64,000 nt of DNA from an uncultured Oscillospiraceae bacterium (lineage in GTDB: Bacteria > Bacillota > Clostridia > Oscillospirales > Oscillospiraceae): the NCBI GenBank assembly GCA_947625965.1, contig CANQQO010000001.1, forward strand, positions 60,596-124,595, given 5' to 3'. The translations under genes were made by a program, and so were the position numbers. The notes below the pieces were generated by a model, which was given only the letters and a program-made list of their open reading frames with translations, made no database searches and had not been told where the DNA came from. This document shows positions 51,815 to 61,547 of this stretch, piece by piece (the stretch's first letter is position 1; each line of letters begins with the position of its first letter).

Positions 51815-53537
51815 ATAGTCCTTTCTGCGTATTGAAAAGCTCCGCGTAATAGTCACATTCTACCATGAGCTTCTCATGAGGGGCCTTTGCGATCAGCGCC
51901 CCGTCTCTAAGCACCAGTATTTCGTCAGCCATACGCACAGACCCCAGGCGATGGGAGATAAAGAGCGTCGTCCTTTGGGCGAGAAGTCCACGATATGCCT
52001 CATAAACCTTGGCCTCCGCCATCGGGTCAAGGGCGGCGTTTGGCTCGTCGAGAATGGCGATCGGCGCTGTTGAAAGGACACAGCGGGCAACCGCCATCTT
52101 CTGCCATTCGCCGCCCGAAAGTCCCGCGCCGGTCTTGTAAAGAGGCATGAGATCGCTGTCATATCCGACCTCACGGTTCGCGGCCATGGGATGAAAATCG
52201 AGCCGGTCGAACACACTGTCCAACATTTTATCGTCCGCCGGGAGGTCCATGCACAGTGACACATTCTCGCGGATGGTCAGGGGGTAGCGGTAGAAATCCT
52301 GAAAGACTACGGAATACAGACGCCGGCGGTCAGCCGGCAAAAGCAAATGGACCGGTTTGCCGTTCACCAAGACTTCTCCACTGTCAGGCCGGTAGAGTCC
52401 CACAAGAAGTTTTACCAGAGTCGATTTGCCGCAGCCGTTTTCTCCCACCAACGCGTAGTGCCGGCCTGGTTCCAGCCGGAAGCTGATATGCTCCAGTACC
52501 GGCTTGCTCATTCCGGGATACGTGAAGGTGACATTGCAAAACTCAATGCTCTTAATTGTCTCATCTGCAAAAGAGTCCTTCGCGGGAGTATCCTCCTCAA
52601 GATTCAGGAAGGAGGAAAGACCGCCGATTCGGTGCGCTGATCCTATGAGATCATAAACCGCAGCGTACATCTGCTTGCAGCTCTGCTCAAGGCCGGCTGC
52701 GGCATAAAACGCGGATGTAAACAGTCCGATTGTGATTTTCCCGGACAGGAGGGGCCGCAGAAGGAGCAGCACGATCATGACGCCGTAAAACGCAAACAGG
52801 AGCTGCATGACCGCCTCGATTTGAAAACGTCCCCGTCCGAGCTTTGCGTTTTCCCGTTTTGCCTTGGAGAAGGAAGCCCTGTAACGGCGGTCGATCTCAT
52901 CGTCAAAAGAGAAGAGCTTCCTCTCCGCGGCATATTCGCGCTGCATGAGGAGAGACGAATAGTAATTTGTGCGGCGCATATTTTCCCTGTACTTGACCCA
53001 GAATCCATCGGTTTTCCGCGCCAGTGTTCTGTTCAAAAGAATTCCTATGGTTAGAAGGAAAATGATCCCTATGGCTGTCCAGGCATCCATGGACCACAGG
53101 ACGAAGAGCGACAGCGCGAGTTTTACAGAGAGATTGACAACATCTCCAACCGCATTGAAAATTTGAGCGTCCAGCTCCGGGGCGTCGGCGGAGCTTTGCC
53201 ATAGGGAGTGGAAGCGTTCGGTTTCCGTAACAGGAAACGCGATTTTTGAGGCTTTTTCCAAGCGGGCGGCGTCCAGCCGAGCGGATTGTCGGATTTTGTG
53301 CCACTCTGAGATGCGCCTCATGCCCGCAGCGCAGACCGTTTGCAAAAGGGACAGAACCATGAAGGCAGCCAGGCCCATGATGAAACCCTGAGCCCCGCCG
53401 CCTGCCGCACCGTCAATTAAATCGCCGCGAAGTCTGATGGACACGGCGGGAATCGAGCCGGTAACGGCGGCAATGAGAAGATATGGAACATATTCCTTCC
53501 AACTTATGTACCTGCTGATGTATGTTCGAAGTTCCAT
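51801..53537 (-). CDS. ABC exporter, fused permease/ATP-binding subunit (lower-GC island, partner)
   Basis: GENGCGKST, LSGGEWQK, AILDEPN. TTGAAA-16-TATAAT promoter upstream on the minus strand. Confidence 0.9.
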   Translation of the reverse strand: MELRTYISRYISWKEYVPYLLIAAVTGSIPAVSIRLRGDLIDGAAGGGAQGFIMGLAAFMVLSLLQTVCAAGMRRISEWHKIRQSARLDAARLEKASKIAFPVTETERFHSLWQSSADAPELDAQIFNAVGDVVNLSVKLALSLFVLWSMDAWTAIGIIFLLTIGILLNRTLARKTDGFWVKYRENMRRTNYYSSLLMQREYAAERKLFSFDDEIDRRYRASFSKAKRENAKLGRGRFQIEAVMQLLFAFYGVMIVLLLLRPLLSGKITIGLFTSAFYAAAGLEQSCKQMYAAVYDLIGSAHRIGGLSSFLNLEEDTPAKDSFADETIKSIEFCNVTFTYPGMSKPVLEHISFRLEPGRHYALVGENGCGKSTLVKLLVGLYRPDSGEVLVNGKPVHLLLPADRRRLYSVVFQDFYRYPLTIRENVSLCMDLPADDKMLDSVFDRLDFHPMAANREVGYDSDLMPLYKTGAGLSGGEWQKMAVARCVLSTAPIAILDEPNAALDPMAEAKVYEAYRGLLAQRTTLFISHRLGSVRMADEILVLRDGALIAKAPHEKLMVECDYYAELFNTQKGLYDEQ

Positions 53538-53691
53538 TGCGTTTCCCCTTTCTTTTCAACAGGCTTATTATAGCCGGAAACAATCGTATTTCAAGTCTTG
53601 TTCTTCATTGGAATTTCTGCTATAATATATAATAGGATAATTCATTGCTGGTCTGCACTTTTTTACCCTTAATAAAAAGGAGGCGGCGCAT

Positions 53692-54534
53692 ATGACGCAC
53701 ACGCTGACCCGGCGGGAGGTGCTGTCCCTGCTCCCGCGGCGGCCGGAGGACGCCCATAAGGGACTCTGCGGAAGAGCCCTGCTGCTCTGCGGCAGCCGGG
53801 GGTACACCGGCGCGGCGGCACTGGCGGCCCTTGGCGCCCTGCGGACCGGGATCGGACTTGTCTTTCTGGGGGTGCCGGAGAGTATCTACGCTATCGAGGC
53901 GGTGAAGCTGACGGAGCCCGTGATCTTCCCTCTGGCCGAGGAGAGGGGGATGCTCTCGGCGGCGGCCCTGCCGGAAATTTTGGACCGCCTGCCCAAAATG
54001 GACGCAGTCCTCATCGGCCCGGGCCTGGGCCAGTCCCCGGGGACCCTGGCGGTGACGGAGGCGGTGCTTGCGGCGGCTTCCTGCCCCGTGGTGGTGGACG
54101 CCGATGGCATAAACCTCCTGGCGGCGCATAAAATGCTACTGCGCGATAGGACGGGCCCTACGGTCCTGACGCCCCACGACGGGGAATTTGCCCGCCTGGG
54201 GGGCGACCCCTCCGGCGACCGGCTGGGGCCGGCCATGGACCTGGCCCGGGACCTGGGCTGTGTGCTGGTCCGCAAGGGCCACAGGACCCTGATCACCGAC
54301 GGGGAAAAGTGTTATGTAAACACAACCGGCAACGCCGCCATGGCTGTCGGGGGCATGGGGGACCTGCTCTCCGGCATGGTGGTGAGTCTCCTGGCCCAGG
54401 GCATGGCGCCCATGGAGGCGGCGGGGTGCGCCGTCTGGCTCCACGGGGCTGCCGGGGACGCGTGTGCCGGGACCCTGGGGGTGGGGACCCTGCCCACAGA
54501 TCTGGCCGCCGTCCTGCCGCGACTCCTCAAATAA
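53692..54534 (+). CDS. nnrD: ADP-dependent NAD(P)H-hydrate dehydratase (YjeF C-terminal type)
   Basis: HKGLCGRALLLCGSRGYTGAA, GPGLG, TPHDGEF, GMGDLLSG motifs. AAAGGAGG RBS. Confidence 0.9.
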   Translation: MTHTLTRREVLSLLPRRPEDAHKGLCGRALLLCGSRGYTGAAALAALGALRTGIGLVFLGVPESIYAIEAVKLTEPVIFPLAEERGMLSAAALPEILDRLPKMDAVLIGPGLGQSPGTLAVTEAVLAAASCPVVVDADGINLLAAHKMLLRDRTGPTVLTPHDGEFARLGGDPSGDRLGPAMDLARDLGCVLVRKGHRTLITDGEKCYVNTTGNAAMAVGGMGDLLSGMVVSLLAQGMAPMEAAGCAVWLHGAAGDACAGTLGVGTLPTDLAAVLPRLLK

Positions 54535-54546
54535 GGCGGGATTACC

Positions 54547-55122
54547 ATGAATCGGGCCCAAGCCCTGAAACTGCTGTCCATTGTCCTCGCGCTGCTGCTT
54601 TTTGCCGGCTGCTCCAAGACCAATCAGGCCCTGGACCGGGCCATGACCTTCCGGGCTAAGCTCCTGGCGGCCTCGGGCTGCGCCTTTGACGCGGATGTCG
54701 TCGCCGACTACGGCGACCGGGCCTACACCTTTTCTCTGAGCTGTCAGGCCGACGAAAACGGAAGCCTGACCTTCACCGTCACCGCCCCGGAGACCCTGGC
54801 GGGGATCACGGGGGCCGTGTCCGCCACCGGCGGGGAGCTGACCTTTCAGGACAAGGCTCTGGCCTTCGATCTGCTGGCGGATGGGCAGCTCAGTCCGGTC
54901 AGCGGCCCCTGGCTTCTGCTGACCACCCTGCGGAGCGGGTATCTGACCTCCTGCGGCCCCGAGGGGGAGGGCCTCCGGCTGTCCATCGACGACAGCTACC
55001 GGGAGGATCCCCTGTCTCTGGAGGTCCTCACCGACGCCGCCGACGCGCCCGCTCAGGCGGACATCGTGTGGAAGGGGCGGCGCATCGTGTCGGTGCAGGT
55101 CAAAAATTTTCGTCTATTGTAG
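54547..55122 (+). CDS. putative lipoprotein (191 aa)
   Basis: Signal peptide with lipobox LLLFAGC-S. Beta-rich mature part. No family recognised. Confidence 0.75.
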   Translation: MNRAQALKLLSIVLALLLFAGCSKTNQALDRAMTFRAKLLAASGCAFDADVVADYGDRAYTFSLSCQADENGSLTFTVTAPETLAGITGAVSATGGELTFQDKALAFDLLADGQLSPVSGPWLLLTTLRSGYLTSCGPEGEGLRLSIDDSYREDPLSLEVLTDAADAPAQADIVWKGRRIVSVQVKNFRLL

Positions 55123-55260
55123 CTTTTCGCCGTCGGGACGCATAGGATAAATTGCCAGTCAGACCGTATATTTTTCCTCTGTGCGTGGGAAAATAGATTC
55201 AGCCGCGTTACATAGGAAGCAACCGGTAGCGCGGGCAATGAACTTTGGAGTGTGAAGCAC

Positions 55261-55626
55261 ATGGACAGCACGGTCAAACGGGGCGATATTTTCTACGCGG
55301 ATCTGTCGCCGGTGGTGGGCAGCGAACAGGGCGGCACCCGTCCGGTCCTGATCGTCCAGAACGATACCGGCAACCGCCATTCTCCCACGGTCATTGCGGC
55401 GGCCATCACCAGTCAAACGGGCAAGGCCCGTCTGCCGACCCACATCAACATCGCGGGGGGCAGCGTGGGCCTGAGCAAGGATTCGGTGATCCTCTTGGAG
55501 CAGATCCGTACCATCGACAAGCGCCGCCTGCGGGAACATATGGGCAGATTGGACGAAAAACAGATGTCCCAGGTGGACAACGCCATCGCGGTGAGCTTTG
55601 GCCTTCCCGGCTCAAGGACAGTTTGA
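55261..55626 (+). CDS. mazF: MazF/PemK-family endoribonuclease toxin (EndoA-like)
   Basis: [31 protein letters not shown]...[10 protein letters not shown] is the MazF/EndoA signature. GGAG sits 10 nt before the ATG at 55261. Confidence 0.9.
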   Translation: MDSTVKRGDIFYADLSPVVGSEQGGTRPVLIVQNDTGNRHSPTVIAAAITSQTGKARLPTHINIAGGSVGLSKDSVILLEQIRTIDKRRLREHMGRLDEKQMSQVDNAIAVSFGLPGSRTV

Positions 55627-55666
55627 AAACGACTTTAGGTGGCAGACACGAAAGTGCCTGCCACCT

Positions 55667-55897
55667 GAGACTGTCAAAACTTTCGTTTTTGACAGTCTCC
55701 CAAATGGGACCCGCTTCGCTGGGCTCCCATTTGGAGGGGATTGCAGGCTGACCCGCGCACTCGCCGGTCTTTCGCCCGGCTCGTACTACTGCCGCCTGTA
55801 AGGTATTTTTTACCAGGTACACGCCCTGGCAAAAAAGGATCGAAATGGGTTTACCGTCTGCGGACGGCAAACGCGAAAAGGCGATTCGACAAACTGG
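55667..55897 (-). repeat. multi-hairpin intergenic repeat, copy E (reverse orientation, complete)
   Basis: All modules are present. The variable stem is GCCGGgcgaaagaCCGGC. Flanking hairpins 55637-55666 and 55898-55925 differ from each other. Confidence 0.85.
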
Positions 55898-55938
55898 ATC
55901 TGCCCCGCCGGGAGGCGGGGCAGATTTTTGGGATACTA

Positions 55939-58431
55939 TTATAAATAACGTCCCGTGACGCTTTCCTTTACGGTCTTGAGCTGCTCCGGCGTGCCGGAGG
56001 CCACGATGCGGCCGCCGTCTTTGCCGCCGCCGGGACCCAGGTCCACCACATAGTCCGCGCTGCGGATCACGTCCAGATCGTGTTCAATGACGATCACCGT
56101 GGCGCCGCTGTCAATCAGGGTTTGGAAGACGCCCATTAGGGAGCGGACGTCCAGGGGGTGGAGGCCGATGGTGGGCTCGTCGAAGACGAAGAGAGCGTCG
56201 CTCTGCCCCCGTCCCAGCTCGCTGGCCAGCTTGAGCCGCTGGGCCTCGCCGCCGGACAGACCGGGGGTCTGCTCTCCCAGGGTCAGGTAGCCCAGGCCCA
56301 CCTCATGAAGCACCGAAAGGCGGCTCCAAACGGTTTTCAAGTCAAAGCAGGCCGCCATGGCCTCGTCCACGCTGAGCGCCATCAGCTCTGGCAGGGAGAG
56401 CTCCCCTGTGGGGCCCTTGCGCTGGATCTGAAAGGCTTCCCGGCTGTAGCGGGAGCCGCCGCAGTCGGGGCAGGGGATGTCCACGTCCGGTAGGAACTGA
56501 ACGTCCAGGCTGATGCTGCCGGTGCCGTCGCAGGTGGGGCAGCGGAGGAGACCGGTGTTGTAGGAGAAGTCCCCGGCCTTGCGGCCATGGGCCCGGGCCT
56601 GGGGCGTTCTGGCGTAGACCTTCCGCAGCTCGTCGTGGACATCGGCGTAGGTGGCCACGGTGGAACGGATGTTGATGCCGATGGGCGTGGCGTCGATGAG
56701 CTTGACCTGGCGGATGCCGGGGGCGTCCAGAGAGCGGACGTGGCCGGGGAGGGGAGCTCCCGCCGCCTGGGCGGCCAGGGCCGGGACCAGGCTTTCCAGG
56801 ACCAGAGTGGTCTTGCCGGAGCCGGAGACCCCGGTGACCACGGACAGCCGCCCCTTGGGGAAGGAGACGGTCAAGGGCTGGACGGTGTGGATGGGCCCTG
56901 AGGAGAGGGTCACGGTTCCCAAGTCAAAGAGCCGGTCCGCCGGAGTCCGGGGCCGCAGCGGAGGCTGGGGCAGGGGAGAGAGGTAGGGCCCGATCCGGGA
57001 GGCGGGGTTCCCCGCCAGGTCCTCCACAGTGCCCTGAGCGATGACCCGGCCTCCCGCCGCCCCGGCGTCGGGGCCCAGCTCGATGAGCCAGTCCGCGTGG
57101 GACAATACGGCGGTGTCGTGGTCTACCAGCAGCACGGAGTTTCCGTCGGCCACCAGGTCGTCCATTACCCCGGTGAGGCCCTCCAGATTGGCGGGGTGGA
57201 GGCCGATGGAGGGCTCGTCCAGGACGTAGAGGACTCCCGTGGTCCGGTTCCGCACGGCCCGGGCAAGCTGGGTCCGCTGCCGTTCCCCGGTGGAGAGGGT
57301 GGCGGCGGCCCGGTCCAGGGTCAGGTAGGACAGCCCCAGGTCCACCAGCCGCCGGGCGGTGTTCCGAAAGGCGTCGCAGATGCTGTTCGCCATGGGGCCC
57401 ATTTCCTCGGGGAGAGAGCCCGGGACCCCGGCCACCCATTCCATCAGCTCCGCGAGGGTCATCCGACAGGCGTCGGCCAGGGAGATCCCCCGGAGCCTGG
57501 GCCTCCGGGCGGCCTCGGACAGGCGGGTGCCGCCGCAGTCGGGGCAGGTGTCCTGGCGGAGGAATTTTTCCACCCGCTTCATGCCCTTCTCGTCCTTGAC
57601 CTTGGAGAGGGCGTTTTCCACGGTGTACACCGCGTTAAAATAGGTAAAATCCAGCTCCGCCGCGTCGTTGGAGTTCTTTGGATGGTAAAAGATATGCTTC
57701 TTCACCGCAGGACCGTGGTAGACGATGTCCTTCTCCGCCTCGGTCAGCTCGGAAAAGGGCACGTCGGTCCGGACGCCCATGGCCCGGCAGACGTCGGTCA
57801 TCAGGGACCACATCAGGCTGTTCCAGGGCGCCACCGCCCCCTGGTCGATGGTGAGGGAGGGATCCGGCACCAGCGTGTCCAGGTCCACGGCCCGCACCAC
57901 CCCGGTGCCGCCGCAGGTGGGGCAGGCGCCCTGGCTGTTGAAAGCCAGCTCCTCCGCCCCCGGGGCGTGGACAGCCTCGCCGCAGACCGGACAGAACATG
58001 GGCTTTTCGGCGGCCACGTCCAGGGTGGGGGGCAGGTAGTGCCCGTTGGGGCACCGGTGGCTGGAAAGCCGGGAGAACATGAGCCGCAGACTGTTCAGCA
58101 GCTCCGTGGAGGTGCCGAAGGTGCTGCGGATGCCCGGCACCCCAGGCCGCTGATGCAGCGCCAGGGCGGCGGGAATATAGCGGACCTCGTCCACCTGGGC
58201 TGCCGCCGCCTGGGTCATCCGCCGGCGGGTATAGGTGGAGAGGGACTCCAAATACCGCCGGGACCCCTCGGCATATAGGACCCCCAGGGCCAGGGAGGAT
58301 TTTCCGGAGCCGGAGACCCCGGAAATGCCCACGATTTTGTTCAAGGGAATGTCCACATCGATGTTTTTCAGATTGTGGACCCGCGCGCCCCGGACCTGGA
58401 TGGCCTGGGGAGAATTGTCCGCTCGCTTCAT
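55939..58431 (-). CDS. UvrA-like ABC ATPase paralog (830 aa)
   Basis: Starts [39 protein letters not shown]. Zinc modules (CPVCG, CPTCGG, CPDCGG, CPTCDG). Second [14 protein letters not shown] signatures. Confidence 0.9.
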   Translation of the reverse strand: MKRADNSPQAIQVRGARVHNLKNIDVDIPLNKIVGISGVSGSGKSSLALGVLYAEGSRRYLESLSTYTRRRMTQAAAAQVDEVRYIPAALALHQRPGVPGIRSTFGTSTELLNSLRLMFSRLSSHRCPNGHYLPPTLDVAAEKPMFCPVCGEAVHAPGAEELAFNSQGACPTCGGTGVVRAVDLDTLVPDPSLTIDQGAVAPWNSLMWSLMTDVCRAMGVRTDVPFSELTEAEKDIVYHGPAVKKHIFYHPKNSNDAAELDFTYFNAVYTVENALSKVKDEKGMKRVEKFLRQDTCPDCGGTRLSEAARRPRLRGISLADACRMTLAELMEWVAGVPGSLPEEMGPMANSICDAFRNTARRLVDLGLSYLTLDRAAATLSTGERQRTQLARAVRNRTTGVLYVLDEPSIGLHPANLEGLTGVMDDLVADGNSVLLVDHDTAVLSHADWLIELGPDAGAAGGRVIAQGTVEDLAGNPASRIGPYLSPLPQPPLRPRTPADRLFDLGTVTLSSGPIHTVQPLTVSFPKGRLSVVTGVSGSGKTTLVLESLVPALAAQAAGAPLPGHVRSLDAPGIRQVKLIDATPIGINIRSTVATYADVHDELRKVYARTPQARAHGRKAGDFSYNTGLLRCPTCDGTGSISLDVQFLPDVDIPCPDCGGSRYSREAFQIQRKGPTGELSLPELMALSVDEAMAACFDLKTVWSRLSVLHEVGLGYLTLGEQTPGLSGGEAQRLKLASELGRGQSDALFVFDEPTIGLHPLDVRSLMGVFQTLIDSGATVIVIEHDLDVIRSADYVVDLGPGGGKDGGRIVASGTPEQLKTVKESVTGRYL

Positions 58432-58605
58432 GCCGCACCGCCTTGCCGTTCTTTTTTGAATAGTATAGCGCGGCTTTTCCCCCGGGTCAAGGGAAATCGC
58501 AGCCGGCGGCCCACAATTTTGTGCAATTCCTTCCAAAGAAAATGCGATTGCTTTTTCGAGAGCCGTGTCGTATGATGGGGGTATCTTACAGCGGGAGGCG
58601 GCGGA

Positions 58606-59925
58606 ATGAAGCTCACCTTTATGGGTGCTGGAAGCACCGTTTTTACCAAAAACGTCTGTGGAGACACCATGCTGGCGGACCCCTTCCATGAGGTCCGGAT
58701 CGCGCTCTATGACATCGACGGCAAGCGGCTGGAGGAGTCCTACGCCATGGTCACGGCCATGAACGACACCATCAACGGCGGCCGGGCCGTCATTACCAAG
58801 CACCTTGGGGTGGAGAACCGGCGGGAGGCCCTTCGGGGGGCGGACTTCGTGGTGAACGCCATCCAGGTGGGCCTCTATGACCCCTGCACGGTCATTGACT
58901 TTGAGGTCCCCAAGAAGTACGGCCTTCGGCAGACCATTGGAGACACCCTGGGCATCGGCGGCATTTTCCGGGGTCTGCGCACCATCCGGGTCCTGAAGGA
59001 CTTCGCCGAGGATATGGAGGCGGTGTGTCCCGACGCCTGGTTTTTGAATTATACCAATCCCATGGCCATTCTGACGGGCTTTATGCTCCGCTTTACGGGC
59101 GTCAAGACTGTGGGACTGTGCCACAGCGTCCAGACCTGCTCCCTGCGGCTGCTGACGGCTCTGGGCATGGAGGACAAGCTGGAGGGCCGGTATGAGCGCA
59201 TCGCCGGCATCAACCACATGGCCTGGCTCCTGGAGATCCACGACCGGGACGGCAACGACCTCTACCCCGAGATCAAGCGCAGGGCGGCGGAGAAAAACGC
59301 CGGAGGACCCCACTACGACATGGTCCGCTACGATTATATCGCCAAGCTGGGCTATTACTGCACCGAGAGCAGCGAGCACAACGCGGAGTACAACCCCTTC
59401 TATCTCAAGCCCGGCAGGCCCGATCTGATCGAGAAGTTCAACATCCCCCTGGACGAGTATCCCCGCCGGTGCCGGAATCAGATCGACACCTGGCGGAAGC
59501 GCTACGCCGAGATCATGGCGGGCGGCCAGGTCCAGCACACCCGGTCCACGGAGTACGCTTCCTACATTATGGAGGCGATGACCACCGGCAGGCCCATCAC
59601 CATCGGCGGCAACGTGTGGAACCGGGGGGTCATTCCCAATCTGCCCTATGATGCCTGCGTGGAAGTGCCCTGCCTGGTGGACAAGAACGGGGTGACCCCC
59701 ACCTATGTGGGGCCTCTGCCCACCCAACTGGCGGCCATGAACAGCGCCAACATCTTCTGCCAGATGCTGACCATCGAGGCGGCGGCAAGCGGCGACCGGC
59801 AGAAGGTCTATCAAGCGGCCATGATGGATCCGGTGACCGGGGCCAGCCTCTCCACCGACGAGATCGTGTCGCTGTGCGACGAGCTGATGGCGGCCCACGC
59901 AGCGGAGGGATATCCCGTGCTGTAA
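58606..59925 (+). CDS. glycoside hydrolase family 4 (alpha-galactosidase/alpha-glucosidase type)
   Basis: MKLTFMGAGSTVFTKN NAD-binding start, NYTNPM, GLCHSVQ motifs. TTGCTT-17-TATGAT promoter upstream. Confidence 0.9.
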   Translation: MKLTFMGAGSTVFTKNVCGDTMLADPFHEVRIALYDIDGKRLEESYAMVTAMNDTINGGRAVITKHLGVENRREALRGADFVVNAIQVGLYDPCTVIDFEVPKKYGLRQTIGDTLGIGGIFRGLRTIRVLKDFAEDMEAVCPDAWFLNYTNPMAILTGFMLRFTGVKTVGLCHSVQTCSLRLLTALGMEDKLEGRYERIAGINHMAWLLEIHDRDGNDLYPEIKRRAAEKNAGGPHYDMVRYDYIAKLGYYCTESSEHNAEYNPFYLKPGRPDLIEKFNIPLDEYPRRCRNQIDTWRKRYAEIMAGGQVQHTRSTEYASYIMEAMTTGRPITIGGNVWNRGVIPNLPYDACVEVPCLVDKNGVTPTYVGPLPTQLAAMNSANIFCQMLTIEAAASGDRQKVYQAAMMDPVTGASLSTDEIVSLCDELMAAHAAEGYPVL

Positions 59926-59945
59926 CAAGACCGGGGACAGTGGAG

Positions 59946-60122
59946 GCCGTCAAAGGACTTCGTTTTTGACAGCTTCCCAAATGGGACCCGCTTCGCTGGG
60001 CCCCATTTGGAGGGAACCTCAGGCTGAGAGGTGTTTTCTGTCGGGTACGCGCCCTGGCAAATATCAAAATGTATCTGCCGTCTGCGGACGGCAAACGCTG
60101 CGCGGCTTTTTTGTCAAGCTGG
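59946..60122 (-). repeat. multi-hairpin intergenic repeat, copy F (reverse orientation, lacks the variable middle stem)
   Basis: Retains the terminal hairpin, CCAAATGGG/CCCATTTGG and GACGGCAAA/TTTGCCGTC modules. Flanked by a hairpin at 60122-60151 and a partial copy of it at 59929-59951. Confidence 0.8.
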
Positions 60123-60246
60123 ACCGGGGACGGCGGGGGCCGTCCCCGGTCTTTGCGGAAAACGCACAAATTTGAGGGGAAGAATCAGGGGTATCTATTG
60201 CTTTTTGCCCTTTTTTGTCTACTTTTCAAATCGTTTGTTTTTCCGC

Positions 60247-60275
60247 TTGACAGCCTTGGCGCAAAGTGGTATAAT
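60247..60275 (+). promoter_or_regulatory. consensus sigma-A promoter for pyrC-carAB
   Basis: TTGACA (60247-60252), 17-nt spacer, TGgTATAAT (hexamer 60270-60275). Confidence 0.7.
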
Positions 60276-60329
60276 TGGGCGCAATGAGTACACCCGCCCA
60301 AAACGCGGGGGGAATCAAAGGAGGCTGCT

Positions 60330-61547
60330 ATGCAGGGACGGTTGACCGATATCGGGCGCTATCGCGGCCTTTCCAGCCAGTTCGGCAGGGAATTGCCCGC
60401 TGGCAGTATTGGTATTTTGGGGGCGCGGCTGGACCTCGCCCGTAGTTTCGTTTTTCCCGGCTTTTGCGATGTTCATGTACATCTGCGAGAGCCGGGATTT
60501 TCTTATAAGGAGACCATCGCCACCGGGACCCTGGCCGCCGCCAGGGGCGGATACACCGACGTGTGCCCCATGCCCAACCTGGACCCCGTGCCGGACTGCC
60601 TGGAAAACCTGGAGCGGGAGCTCTCCATCATCCGGCGGGACGCGGTGGTTGGGGCCCATCCCTACGGGGCCATCACCCGGGGCGAGAAGGGGGAGACCCT
60701 GGCGGACATGGAGGCCATGGCCCCCTACGTGGTGGGCTTCTCCGACGACGGCCGGGGGGTCCAGGACCGGGAGAGGATGCGCCAGGCCATGCTCACCGCC
60801 AAGGCCCTGGGCAAGCCCATCGCCGCCCACTGTGAGGACAACGCCCTTCTTCACGGCGGCTACATCCATGACGGCAGCTATGCCCGCCGCCACGGCCACC
60901 TGGGGATCTGCGGCGAAAGCGAATGGGGCCAGATCGACCGGGACCTGGAGCTGGCGGCCCAGACCGGCTGCGCCTACCACGTCTGCCATGTCTCCACCCG
61001 GCAGAGCGTGGAGCTGATCCGCCAGGCCAAGAAAAGCGGCCTGGACGTGACCTGCGAGACCGGACCGCACTACCTGACGCTGTGCCAGGACGATCTGATG
61101 GAGGACGGCCGGTTCAAGATGAATCCCCCCCTGCGGGACCGGGAGGACCAGGAGGCCCTTTTGGAGGGCCTCCGCGACGGGACTATCGACATCATCGCCA
61201 CGGACCACGCCCCCCACAGCGTCGAGGAAAAGTCCAGGGGATTAAAGGGGAGCCTGATGGGTATCGTAGGCTTGGAGACCGCCTTTCCGGTGCTCTACAC
61301 CAAGCTGGTGAAGACGGGGCTCGTACCTCTGGAGCGGATCTTGGACGCGCTGACGGAGGCGCCCAGGCGGCGCTTCGGCCTGGAGAGCCGGGGGGACTGG
61401 TGCATATGGGACTTGGAGACCCCCCGCGCGATCGATCCTGAGCAGTTTGCCAGCCTGGGGCGCAGCACGCCCTTCGCCGGCTGGAAGGTTTATGGCCAGT
61501 GCCTGGCCACCATTCGGGGAGGAACAATCGTATGGCAGAAAGATTAA
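60330..61547 (+). CDS. pyrC: dihydroorotase
   Basis: PGFCDVHVHLREPG, ATDHAPH motifs. AAAGGAGG RBS. Confidence 0.9.
   Translation: MQGRLTDIGRYRGLSSQFGRELPAGSIGILGARLDLARSFVFPGFCDVHVHLREPGFSYKETIATGTLAAARGGYTDVCPMPNLDPVPDCLENLERELSIIRRDAVVGAHPYGAITRGEKGETLADMEAMAPYVVGFSDDGRGVQDRERMRQAMLTAKALGKPIAAHCEDNALLHGGYIHDGSYARRHGHLGICGESEWGQIDRDLELAAQTGCAYHVCHVSTRQSVELIRQAKKSGLDVTCETGPHYLTLCQDDLMEDGRFKMNPPLRDREDQEALLEGLRDGTIDIIATDHAPHSVEEKSRGLKGSLMGIVGLETAFPVLYTKLVKTGLVPLERILDALTEAPRRRFGLESRGDWCIWDLETPRAIDPEQFASLGRSTPFAGWKVYGQCLATIRGGTIVWQKD

Noticed and set aside
49857-53691. Mobile-element borders (integrase, att repeats, tRNA) for the lower-GC ABC island
   Set aside because: None could be found by eye at either border, so the island is reported only as a compositional anomaly.
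55939-59928. 1329-aa minus-strand ORF spanning both the UvrA-like gene and the GH4 gene
   Set aside because: Only the part from the ATG at 58431 downstream looks like a real protein (UvrA motifs). The upstream 500 aa are the antisense shadow of the plus-strand GH4 gene (58606-59925), which has clear GH4 motifs. Long antisense ORFs are expected at this GC content.
12551-60122. Whether the six repeats could be a CRISPR array or its remnants
   Set aside because: The copies are 200 bp long, internally structured, kilobases apart, in both orientations and separated by ordinary genes. There is no short direct-repeat/spacer periodicity and there are no cas genes.
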